A stretch of 64,000 nt of DNA from Candidatus Poribacteria bacterium (GTDB lineage: Bacteria > Poribacteria > WGA-4E > PCPOR2b), in the NCBI GenBank assembly GCA_965218095.1, contig OZ244587.1, forward strand, positions 4,704,001 to 4,768,000, read 5' to 3'. Positions within the stretch are counted from its first letter, which is position 1. Each line of letters opens with the position of its first letter. Below the pieces are notes generated by a model. The model did no database searches and was not told where the DNA came from. It was given only the letters and a program-made list of their open reading frames with translations. The position numbers were made by a program, and so were the translations under genes. Positions 20,024-29,827 of the stretch are shown in pieces.

Positions 20024-20859
20024 GGTTCTGTTGACATTTCAAGGGAGCCATATGAGAGTGGCGACAAAGCTGAGAAATCCAAAATAACGGACAGCTAGCT
20101 TCTCAAACCGAGAGAAGATACGACGATACCATTTTATCTTGTTGATGAAACATTCAACCCGATGTCTCTCTTTGTATAAGTGTTTGTCATACGTTCTTTG
20201 GTCGAGACGATGACTTTTTGGCGGTATCACCGCAATCGCTCCATTCGCCTCAATAACGGCGATAAAAGCGTCCGAATCGTACCCCTTGTCTCCAATCATA
20301 TATTCACTGTTATATCCGATTATCAACCCTTCCGCCTCAGTTATGTCATGTCTCTGACCGGGGGTCAGATGAATTCTTAGGGGATTGCCTAGTCCGTCAA
20401 CTGTGATGTGAATTTTTGTGCTGAAACCGCCCCGAGAGCGACCTAATGCTTGGTTTTCAGTGCCACCCTTTTTTTTAAGGCGCCAGCTTTTTAAGGCGCC
20501 CGCCGCAGACGGGTGAGCGCGGCAGATTGTACTGTCCACAATAAGCGACTCGATATCGGGGTCAGAGGCAAAGTGGGGGTGCATCTGTGTGAAGATACCT
20601 TTGTCACACCATCGAGCAAACCGCTTGTAGCGGGTGTTCGATTTGCCATAGGTGTCTGGTAGAATCCGCCATTGAGCCCCGCTACGAGTCACCCACAGGA
20701 CGGCTTCGACGAAGCGGCGTGTAGCAGCTTCGTCGCCAACATAGATGGTGGGACAGCTAAGAAGAAACCGGTATATCTTATTCCATTGTTCATCAGGTAA
20801 GGTTATTGGCGTCATTCTTCTATTATGCCACAACCTTATACTCAAATGTCAACAGAACC
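20024..20859 (-). mobile_element. IS5-family (IS427-like) insertion sequence
   Basis: Perfect IR CTAGGTTCTGTTGACATTT (20021-20039) / AAATGTCAACAGAACCTAG (20844-20862), including the duplicated TA in a CTAG target. Confidence 0.92.
20039..20815 (-). CDS. IS5-family DDE transposase in a single frame
   Basis: RSGAQWR.LP..YG, IVDST..RAH, GRSRGGFSTKIH, GDKGYDSD, RHRVECFINKIK. Confidence 0.9.
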   Translation of the reverse strand: MTPITLPDEQWNKIYRFLLSCPTIYVGDEAATRRFVEAVLWVTRSGAQWRILPDTYGKSNTRYKRFARWCDKGIFTQMHPHFASDPDIESLIVDSTICRAHPSAAGALKSWRLKKKGGTENQALGRSRGGFSTKIHITVDGLGNPLRIHLTPGQRHDITEAEGLIIGYNSEYMIGDKGYDSDAFIAVIEANGAIAVIPPKSHRLDQRTYDKHLYKERHRVECFINKIKWYRRIFSRFEKLAVRYFGFLSFVATLIWLP

Positions 20860-21509
20860 TAGACTTTGCGCAACATGACGGGGGGTGCCGAAAAGTGTCA
20901 GACAAACCAAAACCCACTGCAACCCTAGAGCACGCCATCAATAAAACCGAAAGATCTCGTGCTCGTCCGATCTATCGGACCGTCAGCTATCGAGAAAACG
21001 CTGACCAGCTCCGCTTACGTGTTGATATACAGGTTAACTGACACCCTACTCCCGGAAGCCCCAATATGTGTTTGTTCTTCATTGGTCTTCGCCTACCTCA
21101 AACTTGGGTCCAGAGGGCCCCCTCTGGCCATTCGCTCAGAAATTCGGGAATTCGATACCCCTGCAAGCGGTAACGAATTCCAAGCAGCGTCTCCGGGTTT
21201 TGCCGTAAGCATAATACGCCCAGTGACTCACTGTTACTCCGCCACTGCCTTCATTGGACATCTAGTTTACCATTGCCCACTGCTCAAATTTCTTTTCCAT
21301 ATATCCCCTTTATTCTCACCGAGCCTGAATCATCGGGGTCAAAGAAGGTCAGATATACATGACCTTCAGGCGTTACCATGCCTACAAAATGGCAGAACAC
21401 CACTCTCATCCACCGCTGGCTCAACGATTTATCAACTAAAGCAATCACTCCTTGATGATTATCTTCGTCGCCAACTTCTATCGCCATCTATTTCTATGAC
21501 GCTTGCGTA

Positions 21510-21658
21510 ATACCATTTTGACTTAGAAATGCGCCTTTTCGTTCCCCCTCACCCGGCCTCTCCCACCAGGGGAGGGGAGAGTTGGTGTGCCTTCTCCCTT
21601 AATGGGGGAAGGTTGGGATGGGGATGGTAAAAGTCTCATTTCAAACTGCAATTGGTAT
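21510..21658. mobile_element. MITE-like element enclosing a REP-like palindrome
   Basis: 30-bp terminal IR with 23/30 matches (ATACCATTTTGACTTAGAAATG..); interior CCCTCACCC..CTCTCCC..GGGAGGGG hairpins. Confidence 0.6.
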
Positions 21659-21669
21659 AAGTCCGAACT

Positions 21670-22464
21670 TTATCCAAGTATTCGGCACCTGGCGAGCATC
21701 TGCTTGCCTCGCTCCGAGAGTTTGTCGAATTCCGCCCGGGTCATCTCAATGTGCCGTCGTTGCGAGTACCAGGGCCGAGAATAACAGATTACCAGTTCCG
21801 GCCGGGGATGATCCGAACGATTCGGTGTCCCCCGATGCAGTGGCCGTGGATCCTGAATCCAGAGTGTCCCCTTCTTCATATTGAGCCGGTGCTTGCTTGG
21901 GAAATTGCCTGCCTCCAGTATTTCGTTATACCGCGCCTCCAACTCAGGGTCAGCCAGGAGTTGAGTGCAGGGCAATACTTCGAAGCTGCCATTTTCCTCA
22001 TAGGTATCCACCAACGGGAACTTGATGCCGAAGTGCGGGAAGACTTCCAGACCGACATTTGAGACTAACAGTGGTGTGTCTCGATGCCAGCGCTGATACT
22101 CGCTGCCTAGATATGGGTTATTCGAGGCGTAACAGGTGATGTGGTAGTCGCTGGTGCCCCAATACCGGTCGAGGAACGCCAGCAGTACCGGATTCTCGTA
22201 GATCTCCGGGTCTGAGAAGGGTGGCGCCCAGGGCACTTCCACCGTGTAGCGGTTGACGTTCTGTAGGCGACCCTCACCTGTGTAGCGATCGCCGGACTCT
22301 ACGGAATCGCTGCGCTCCTTCACCGCTTCAAGCCGCGGCAGAAACGCCTCACGCATCCGATCGATCTTCTCGACCGGTATAAAGTCTTCAAAGATAGCGT
22401 AACCGTTAATCTTCAACTCGGCAAGTTTCAGATCGAGGTCATAGTTGGATAAAGCAGATAGCAT
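21670..22464 (-). CDS. PhyH-family dioxygenase
   Basis: QRWHRD, ENGSFEVLP, HRGTPNRS. Confidence 0.88.
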   Translation of the reverse strand: MLSALSNYDLDLKLAELKINGYAIFEDFIPVEKIDRMREAFLPRLEAVKERSDSVESGDRYTGEGRLQNVNRYTVEVPWAPPFSDPEIYENPVLLAFLDRYWGTSDYHITCYASNNPYLGSEYQRWHRDTPLLVSNVGLEVFPHFGIKFPLVDTYEENGSFEVLPCTQLLADPELEARYNEILEAGNFPSKHRLNMKKGTLWIQDPRPLHRGTPNRSDHPRPELVICYSRPWYSQRRHIEMTRAEFDKLSERGKQMLARCRILG

Positions 22465-22592
22465 TGGTCCCTCTCGGGTAACAAGTATTTGATATGGGGG
22501 TTATAATTCACGAGTTTTCCACTTATACCTGTTTGGGTTTGAAATGATGGATTGAGACGCCCTAACTGAAAAAGTCGTATTACGCACTTCAT

Positions 22593-23609
22593 TTAGTTCG
22601 GCACGGTCTGGAGCTTGCCCGTGCGGGCCGCTTCATCCAGGGCGTTGCAGATGGATACGGTGCGCACACCATCGTGGACGTTACACAATGTGTCCCCATC
22701 CGTCCGAATTGCTTCCAACAAGTTCAGCATCATGGACGCCTTGTGCTGCTCCTCCTCCGGCAACTCTTTGGTCTCCATGTAGTCAATCTCGCAGCCGCCA
22801 AAGTCCACGCGACCGGTGTGCGCCGAGAACACGGCGCTGCGAGCTCCATCCCAAATCTCGTGGAACCACTTGGACACGAAGGAGTTCGTGCCCTGATCGG
22901 TGCTGATCACCGTGGAGAGTCCCCCATTCTTCCACAGGATTGTCCCGACCAACCCATCGGGATAGCCGTCAGTCCCCTTGTTCTTCCGGTCAAACAGCCG
23001 CCCCTCGGCATACACCCGGTCGGCAGCGCTGTCCATCAGGTAGGCAAGGAGGTCAACGGTATGGACCGCTGTGCTAATTAGCAGTCCGCCGCCATCGTCT
23101 TTATCCCAGAGCCAGCTACTCCCACCAGGAGGCCGCAGTGCATAGTTGTCCATCGCAAGCTGTCCGTGACTGAGGCGAGGGTGGGGTATGAGCTCCCGCG
23201 CCTTTTGCACCGTGGGTGCAATGCGGAACTTGCAGTTGACGACGAGTTTCACACCGGTCTTGTCCACCACCTCGGCCAACTCGACTGCCTGGGCACGGGT
23301 GGCACACATCGGCTTCTCTACGACTAGGTGCTTACCCGCTCGGGCGCCGGCCAGGGCCAACGGATGGTGTGCGTCATGGTGGGTGGCGATCGCTAGCAGG
23401 TCAATGGAGTCATCATGCATAATGTGGTTAGCGTCGGTGGTGGCATAGCTGCCGCCGAATTCCGCCAGCGCCTGCTCGGCTTTTTCCTCGATCTCATCGC
23501 AGAAACCCACCAGTTCGATTCCCAGATTTTTTGCTCTTGCGGCATGTCCTCGCCCAGCGCCGCCGCAACCGATCAGCGCTGCTTTCAATCCAGATCCAAT
23601 CAAGGTCAT
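22593..23609 (-). CDS. Gfo/Idh/MocA oxidoreductase
   Basis: IGCGGAG..H, AGKHLVVEKP, GGGLL..VHTVD; AAGGAG RBS before 23609. Confidence 0.92.
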   Translation of the reverse strand: MTLIGSGLKAALIGCGGAGRGHAARAKNLGIELVGFCDEIEEKAEQALAEFGGSYATTDANHIMHDDSIDLLAIATHHDAHHPLALAGARAGKHLVVEKPMCATRAQAVELAEVVDKTGVKLVVNCKFRIAPTVQKARELIPHPRLSHGQLAMDNYALRPPGGSSWLWDKDDGGGLLISTAVHTVDLLAYLMDSAADRVYAEGRLFDRKNKGTDGYPDGLVGTILWKNGGLSTVISTDQGTNSFVSKWFHEIWDGARSAVFSAHTGRVDFGGCEIDYMETKELPEEEQHKASMMLNLLEAIRTDGDTLCNVHDGVRTVSICNALDEAARTGKLQTVPN

Positions 23610-23900
23610 CTTAGATCTCCTTTCGATTTCAATACGGTAACACCCGAGACAAACGCGAGTGTAATCATACGACTTTTTCACTTATCGGGTAAGCGAGAAA
23701 GTCTAACTATAGGTCGAGATTCCGATCTCGACAGATTAAGCGATTGTCGATTTTAGAAATTCGACCGACAGCGATTCCACCCGTCAATTTAGGTGTGACA
23801 GCGTATTACACTGTGAAATTGGTTTTGATCAATAGAGCGAGCATCTTGTTCGCTTGAGCAGGCTAAAAGCCCGCTCTACCTTAGCCCTTCATGATTTATG

Positions 23901-25058
23901 TCACGGAGCATTAGACTGTGTTAGGCGGAAGAAACTGCCAAGGATGTGGCTCGTCCCGTAGGCGGTGAAGATTCGCCCGTCATCCAGTTGCGTGGCGACC
24001 GGATAGCTCAAATCCCCACCATAATCGCCGAGAATCGCCTCCGCCGACCAGGTTGCCCCATCGTCCTCACTGACGAGCAGCCCGATTCCCAAGGGTGGCT
24101 TCCGCCGCCCGAATAGCGCCACAATCCGCCCATCACGCAGTCGCATCGGCCACGGCGAGCGATAATGCACATTCTGGCGCGCCGCGTCTGGCTTACGCCG
24201 GGCAGCCCAAGACGACTCTCCCCACGCCACAATCGGCTTCGGATCACTCCAACTATAGCCGCCATCGTCGGAGTACGCCATCTGAATCGCGTTGCGGATG
24301 CCGCTGATGTTGAGCATATAGCACTGCAACCGCCCGCTGGGCAGCAGGAGCAAGCCCGCGTAGGTGGGCCGTCCCAGGCCCGTTGGGTCTCGATTCACTT
24401 CCGCGACGTATTCCCAGGTGAGACCGTTGTCGTCGGAACCGAAGACCGCCACGCCGCCGCCGGCGTCGGTCGTGGCGACAGTCATCACATCATAGATACT
24501 CATCACACCCATGAGCGTGCCGTCGGGGAACTGTACCAGCGGATGGCCGTCCCGATGGAGACCCTCTCCAGTTGGATTCGTGACGTGGGTGGGGACTGTC
24601 TCCCATGTATGCCCCCGATCCCCCGACCGGAAGGCGAAACACTCTGAGCTGGGGTGCCCATCCGAGCCCACTGGCCCGGTTTGGGCGCGGGCGAAGTACA
24701 CCGCTGCATCCGGGCTGGTCAGGTTGATCTGTTCGCGGGCCACACCCGGTTCGTCAGCCCGGTATAAGATTGCACGTTTCTCCTCCAGAGGACGCGACTC
24801 GTCCCATACCACCACGTCGTTTTCGCGGGGCCAGGTCTCGCCGTGGTCCAGCGATCGCTGGAGTAGAATCTGTGCCCGTCTGTCATAACCCGTGTGGTGG
24901 TCGTCGTCCACACCTTGGTAATGGGAGTGCAGCACCACAATCTCGCCGGCGCCAAAGTTGAAGATGCCACTTTGGCGTGGATGCCCGCAGTGCGTGTCCT
25001 TGCTAAAGCAAAGTTTGATATGGTGCACATCTGTGAGTTCTAGTACGATGCGGTTCAT
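23901..25058 (-). CDS. BNR/Asp-box sialidase-like protein, paralog C (shortened loops)
   Basis: Colinear with paralogs A, B and D; start MNRIVLEL by homology; in-frame loop deletions. Confidence 0.85.
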   Translation of the reverse strand: MNRIVLELTDVHHIKLCFSKDTHCGHPRQSGIFNFGAGEIVVLHSHYQGVDDDHHTGYDRRAQILLQRSLDHGETWPRENDVVVWDESRPLEEKRAILYRADEPGVAREQINLTSPDAAVYFARAQTGPVGSDGHPSSECFAFRSGDRGHTWETVPTHVTNPTGEGLHRDGHPLVQFPDGTLMGVMSIYDVMTVATTDAGGGVAVFGSDDNGLTWEYVAEVNRDPTGLGRPTYAGLLLLPSGRLQCYMLNISGIRNAIQMAYSDDGGYSWSDPKPIVAWGESSWAARRKPDAARQNVHYRSPWPMRLRDGRIVALFGRRKPPLGIGLLVSEDDGATWSAEAILGDYGGDLSYPVATQLDDGRIFTAYGTSHILGSFFRLTQSNAP

Positions 25059-25289
25059 CGTGGAGGTCCTTTCCCATTTCAATTTGGTAACTCCTTGGCT
25101 CATGTCAAAAATGAGTGCAAACAGAAGTGCGGCGTGATTTGGGAGGGGGAGGCTCTCCGATGCTCGGAGCAGGTCTTTAGCGCAGCGAGATCCCGTGCAG
25201 CGGGGCTCTGCCGGACCTCCAGAAATTGGCTTGGCAGGGACCTCCTCCTCCCACGGAATTAGCACTTTACCTTAACATGAGCCAATTTC

Positions 25290-26474
25290 TTATGATAGAT
25301 GGAAGAGACTGCCAGCGATGTGACGCGTCCCCCCGAAATTGTTGCCGTCGTCCTCCATGAAGTAGTAGGCGGTGAAGATGCGCCCGTCGTCTAGCTGCGT
25401 GGCAACCGGATAACTCAAATCCCCGCCACTCCCATCATCGCGGACAATCGCCTCCGCTGACCAGGTCACCCCGTCATCCTCACTGACGAGCAGCCCAATT
25501 CCGGTGGGTGGCTTGCGCCGCCCGAATATCACCACAATCCGCCCATCACGCAGCCGCATTGGCCAGGGCGAGCGGTAATGCACTCCATGGCGTGCCACGT
25601 CTGGTTTACGACGAGCCGCCCAGGGGGATTGCCCCCACGCCACAATCGGCTTCGGATCGCTCCAACTGTAACCGCCATCGTCGGAGTACGCCATTTGAAT
25701 TGCGTTGCGGATGCCGCCGATGTTGAGCATGTAGCACTGCAATCGACCACTGGGCAGCAGGAGCAAGCCCGCATAAGTGGGCCGCCCCAGACCCGTTGGG
25801 TCGCGCGCCACTTCCGCCGCGTATTCCCAGGTGAGGCCACTGTCGTCGGAGCCGAAGACCGCCACGCCGCCGGGGGTGTCGCCCATCGCGACGCTCATCA
25901 CGCCCATGAGTGTGCCGTCAGGAAATTGCACCAGCGGATGGGCGTCTCGATGAAGCCCCTGTCCAGTTGGATTCGTGACGCGCGTGGGTGCCGCCTCCCA
26001 CGTACGACCCCGATCCCCCGACCGGAACGCGAAGCATTCTAAGCTAGGACCTCCGTCCGCATCTGCCGAACCGGTTGCCGGGCGGACGAAGAGCACTGCC
26101 GCATCCGGGCTAGTGAGATCAATCTGTTCGCGGGTTACGCCCGGTTCGTCAGCCCGGTATAAGATTGCGCGTTTCTCCTCCAGGGGACGTGACTCATCCC
26201 ATACCACTACGTCGTTTTCGCGGGGCCAAGTCTCGCCGTGGTCTAGCGATCGCTGGAGTAGAATCTTTGCCCGGCTAGCGTAACCAGTTGTGAAAGAATG
26301 GCTGATGTCGTCCTGAACCTGGTACTGGGACGGCGCGTGGGCGTGCAGCACCGCGATTTCGCCGTTCCCATAGTTGAAGATACCGCTTTGGCGCGGATGC
26401 CCGCAGTAGGTATCCTTGCTATAGCAGAGCTTGATATGGTGCATATCTGTAAGTTCTGGTGTGATACGGTTCAT
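25290..26474 (-). CDS. BNR/Asp-box sialidase-like protein, paralog D
   Basis: Colinear and highly similar; GAGGAGG RBS. Confidence 0.88.
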   Translation of the reverse strand: MNRITPELTDMHHIKLCYSKDTYCGHPRQSGIFNYGNGEIAVLHAHAPSQYQVQDDISHSFTTGYASRAKILLQRSLDHGETWPRENDVVVWDESRPLEEKRAILYRADEPGVTREQIDLTSPDAAVLFVRPATGSADADGGPSLECFAFRSGDRGRTWEAAPTRVTNPTGQGLHRDAHPLVQFPDGTLMGVMSVAMGDTPGGVAVFGSDDSGLTWEYAAEVARDPTGLGRPTYAGLLLLPSGRLQCYMLNIGGIRNAIQMAYSDDGGYSWSDPKPIVAWGQSPWAARRKPDVARHGVHYRSPWPMRLRDGRIVVIFGRRKPPTGIGLLVSEDDGVTWSAEAIVRDDGSGGDLSYPVATQLDDGRIFTAYYFMEDDGNNFGGTRHIAGSLFHLS

Positions 26475-26498
26475 TGTGTTTCCTCCTCTTAAATGATC

Positions 26499-26559
26499 GC
26501 CTAACGACCAAGTTCAGTTGTCCGATTCTCGGGCCGTCAACTACAACGCTTGGTTAGGC
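26499..26559 (-). other. Integron attC recombination site (solitary)
   Basis: Minus strand GCCTAAC-CAAGCGTTGTAGTTGACGGCC..GGACAACTGAACTTGGTC-GTTAGGC: RYYYAAC/GTTRRRY cores, complementary L boxes with an extrahelical base, 61 bp. Confidence 0.8.
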
Positions 26560-26605
26560 AAGATTCTATTGTTGGATTTCGTACCTCAACCCAACCTCCC
26601 AACTT

Positions 26606-26884
26606 TCAATCCGCTGGCACAGACTCGGGAACAACGGGTATAGGCTTATTGAAGTCAAGGCTGCTCCAGGACAGGATTTGCTGCTTGAACCAGACATCAT
26701 ATAGATCTTTCGATGCGACAAACTCGCGGTTTGCCTGAACCGAATCGCTCGCCTCGAAAGTCACAACGAGCACATCTCCCATTGGTATCTGTTGGATCCA
26801 AGCCCGTTCATTTGTGAGGCCGAGCCGTCGCCGAGATTAAGCGTGTTCATTCCTACTGGGTATTGAAAAACCAATAGCTGGCAT
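26606..26884 (-). pseudogene. Decayed small cassette-like ORF, unknown function
   Basis: AAAGGAG RBS, in-frame TAA at 26837-26839 and a later frameshift; SRRRLGLTNERAWIQ..NGDVLVVTFEASD..DLYDVWFKQQIL. Confidence 0.55.
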
Positions 26885-27201
26885 GTTAATCATCTCCTTT
26901 CTTGTTGTAGCTTCCATTATGACGAAAAAACTTCATTGGAATCACCACCATTATACCACGACCGCAAAAAAAGATGAACAAAAATCTGAAGCTGGATTCA
27001 CAAGTGCGATACACATTTGGACGGTTACAAATGACGCTTCCGCTGTCTGAATCTTGAATCTGGTATCTGGCATTGATACAGATGCTTGCATCCCGCGAAT
27101 CGGGGATTCAAGATACAAGATGCAAAATGGTCGTGGTGTAAGTTATGACCTATCGTGGTATATATGACCAAGCCTCCATTAAATAGTCGGCATCCAGCTT
27201 A

Positions 27202-27512
27202 TTAGATGGTTGGCTGTACGCCATTAATGGGAATTGACCTCCAGTCCAATTCATGTGACGTATTACCTCCTCCTTTGAACTCCTTTGAAAGTTGGTGGTC
27301 GTAGATAAAAAGTTCGTCTACTACACCGTGTATTGGATTAACCAATGATCTGCCCGCTCCCACCGGAAACTGTGGTGCTACCGTCCGTGGGAACCAACGC
27401 ATCTCCTTGTACACCACCTCAATGCCATCGCAATAAAGGCTGATGCCTTGTTCGCAGTGCCATGTCATCGCCACGTGATACCACTCATCAGACTTCCAGG
27501 GCCTTGATTCTG
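27202..27512 (-). pseudogene. LamG/ConA-like domain fragment
   Basis: EWYHVAMTW..LYCDG..GVVDELFIYDHQLS; no start codon of its own. Confidence 0.65.
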
Positions 27513-29447
27513 TCAAAAACCGACGTAGATCCGTTCCTGCAGGAGGATGCCGAGGAGGCTCCAGCCACAGCCGACGATGTATTGACCCAAAATCAAACCA
27601 ATGAAGAACGGCACCGCCCGCCGATACATCCGTATCCCCCCATATTTCAGGATTCCCCACTTCAACAAGAAGCTGAGGAAAAGCGGAAACCAGAGGGTAG
27701 GCATCGGCACGGACGAGCCCAAGATGTAACCGATGGGATGAAGAGGCCACCAGAGAAAGTATCTATGCATCATCAGTAGACTGCCGGTAAAGAGAAATGA
27801 TGCACACAGTACAACAACCTGGGAAAGATTCATGGTATTCGGATAGGTTAGCCAATTGGCGAGTCGCTGGTAGGTTTCAACAGCGAATCGGGGAGGAGGG
27901 CCAACAACTCGGACTTCCGCGCCCAACTGATAGGAAAGGTGCAGGGTAATCCAGAAGGTGGTCAGCATCCCCAACATGCCAGCAAAAAATAACACCACAA
28001 CCAGAGCAGCCTTATCCGAAATACCTCCCCGATTTGCGAGTTTGAAACCCTCAAGGATATGGGGCATCGGATGGCTGCGACTCGATTCCTCCCCAGCAAA
28101 CCATCGAAATAGCGCGATCTTTGTCAGGTTTTCCCCGCTTAATCGCCGTGTGCCGAAGAGATAGACCAATATATAGTCCGGCCCTGCTCCGTACATGTTA
28201 TGAACCGGCGGTCCCAGTTGTGCCCGGATGCGTGTCACAGTAGTGGCAAGAGCGAAATAGATACAGAAAAAGAGGACGATAATCCACGCTGAGATACCTG
28301 CCCAATGGCAGAACAAAAAGATCAAAACGAAAGCGCCTAGCATCAGCAGGATGAGTGTCTGATAAGATAGCAACTCATTGGATGACGTTTTCCTGCGACC
28401 GCTTCCGAGGATATTTCGGACGACTTCGATGAAATACCGCCGACTCATCCAGAGCGTGAACGTTAAAAATCCTATCCACGCTCCCGACACCTGCTCGCCC
28501 CGGCCGAAAAATCCTCCCTGTTGCTGCCCCAAAAGGCTCGACAGGATGTTTTGTCCCTGCCAGAACAGGACGAAAAACCAGCATGAAAACAGCAAAGAAA
28601 GGGGCATGAGAAACCCCAGACCGATTGCGAACGGTTGGAAAGAAACGCCTATCCAGGCGATGGCGTTCCAAGGCTTCTCGGTGAATAGATGTTTCAGACT
28701 GTGGTACCAGATGGGAATCCGGGGAAGAGCGGGATAGAAATAACTCAGCCCGTTGAGCAGAGTCAGCCCCCCTGCAATGCCAAAACCGAGCCACATTTGT
28801 CTATTCGCAAAGAAACGCCCATTACCATTTCTTGTGAGTTCGTAAGGAATCTGCGCAATCGGATAACTTAATCTTTCCCTTTCGGACCAGGGGTGTCTGA
28901 TAAGCACACTGATGCATATCAAAGAAAGCAGGACTGCTCCGAAGAAAGCCGCCCAGGCCCCAAGTCGGAAGAGCCAGGCGTTCAGGTTCTTGGATAGATA
29001 GAGCGTCTCTGTTCCACGATAGAGGCCCTCAAGAATACTTTTGTCAGATAGGGTCAGCCAACTTGGCAAATAACGGTGGAACAGTTGCGCCCATTCGTTT
29101 TCAGGGGTTGCCACCCACGATGCCGCGCTGATTTGGAAAATGAGCGTTTGTACATAATCAATACCTCCCAACGAGGAACTGAGGGCGACCATCATGTAAA
29201 TAATCAACAACTCACCTTGCGAGAGGCTGAGACGCGGAGAGAGTTTTCCGACCAGGAGGTTCAGCCCAGTTACCCAAAAAAGGCTGAAGACAACGTTGGG
29301 CGCCAGTGCAAAGTAGGTGGGGTTGAATTCCCACAAAACGAACTCCGCTTGAACAAGCCAATAGGCGTTCAGCAGAATCAAAACAATTCCAATGAGGAAT
29401 GCGCGAAGCGTCACGCCTCGGATCGCGACGCCAGTCTCTTTTTGCAC
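27513..29447 (-). CDS. Polytopic membrane protein, putative transporter (DUF6785/DUF6784-like)
   Basis: Many TM segments; ERLSYPIAQIP, WWPLHPIG, KYGG..YRRAVPFFIGLILG. Confidence 0.75.
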   Translation of the reverse strand: MQKETGVAIRGVTLRAFLIGIVLILLNAYWLVQAEFVLWEFNPTYFALAPNVVFSLFWVTGLNLLVGKLSPRLSLSQGELLIIYMMVALSSSLGGIDYVQTLIFQISAASWVATPENEWAQLFHRYLPSWLTLSDKSILEGLYRGTETLYLSKNLNAWLFRLGAWAAFFGAVLLSLICISVLIRHPWSERERLSYPIAQIPYELTRNGNGRFFANRQMWLGFGIAGGLTLLNGLSYFYPALPRIPIWYHSLKHLFTEKPWNAIAWIGVSFQPFAIGLGFLMPLSLLFSCWFFVLFWQGQNILSSLLGQQQGGFFGRGEQVSGAWIGFLTFTLWMSRRYFIEVVRNILGSGRRKTSSNELLSYQTLILLMLGAFVLIFLFCHWAGISAWIIVLFFCIYFALATTVTRIRAQLGPPVHNMYGAGPDYILVYLFGTRRLSGENLTKIALFRWFAGEESSRSHPMPHILEGFKLANRGGISDKAALVVVLFFAGMLGMLTTFWITLHLSYQLGAEVRVVGPPPRFAVETYQRLANWLTYPNTMNLSQVVVLCASFLFTGSLLMMHRYFLWWPLHPIGYILGSSVPMPTLWFPLFLSFLLKWGILKYGGIRMYRRAVPFFIGLILGQYIVGCGWSLLGILLQERIYVGF

Positions 29448-29563
29448 TGTATTACTTCGTCCGGCTTGTTCACGGCTCGTTATAGTAAACGCCCTTTTTT
29501 AAGTTCACTGAGAACGTTGGTTTGAGTCGTCTTTGAGATGATATTTCCGCTGTTGTGCCCTGG

Positions 29564-29827
29564 TCATTTGTCCATTTCTTTCTGTAGGTCAAGATACGCT
29601 CTCAGCAGATAACCAATTGGCGCGATTTCGACCCTATGGGAGTTATGGATGTATTTGCCCACCCGATGATCAAGTGCGTTGGCACCAATGCTGGTCTGAT
29701 ACACGCTCGGCGCGGAGATGTGAATCGCATTCTGAACGGCGCCCTCAAAGACATTGTTGAAGATGGCGACGGCCAAAACGTTGGACCCCAGTTCGACGTA
29801 CGCCTCGGCGTAGCTAACTACAAACAT
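29564..29827 (-). CDS. Small hypothetical protein or gene remnant
   Basis: ATG overlaps the upstream stop (TAATG); no recognised motif. Confidence 0.3.
   Translation of the reverse strand: MFVVSYAEAYVELGSNVLAVAIFNNVFEGAVQNAIHISAPSVYQTSIGANALDHRVGKYIHNSHRVEIAPIGYLLRAYLDLQKEMDK

Noticed and set aside
20959-21510. 183-aa + ORF and 67-aa - ORF
   Set aside because: No recognisable motifs; lies between IS and MITE debris, probably decayed DNA.
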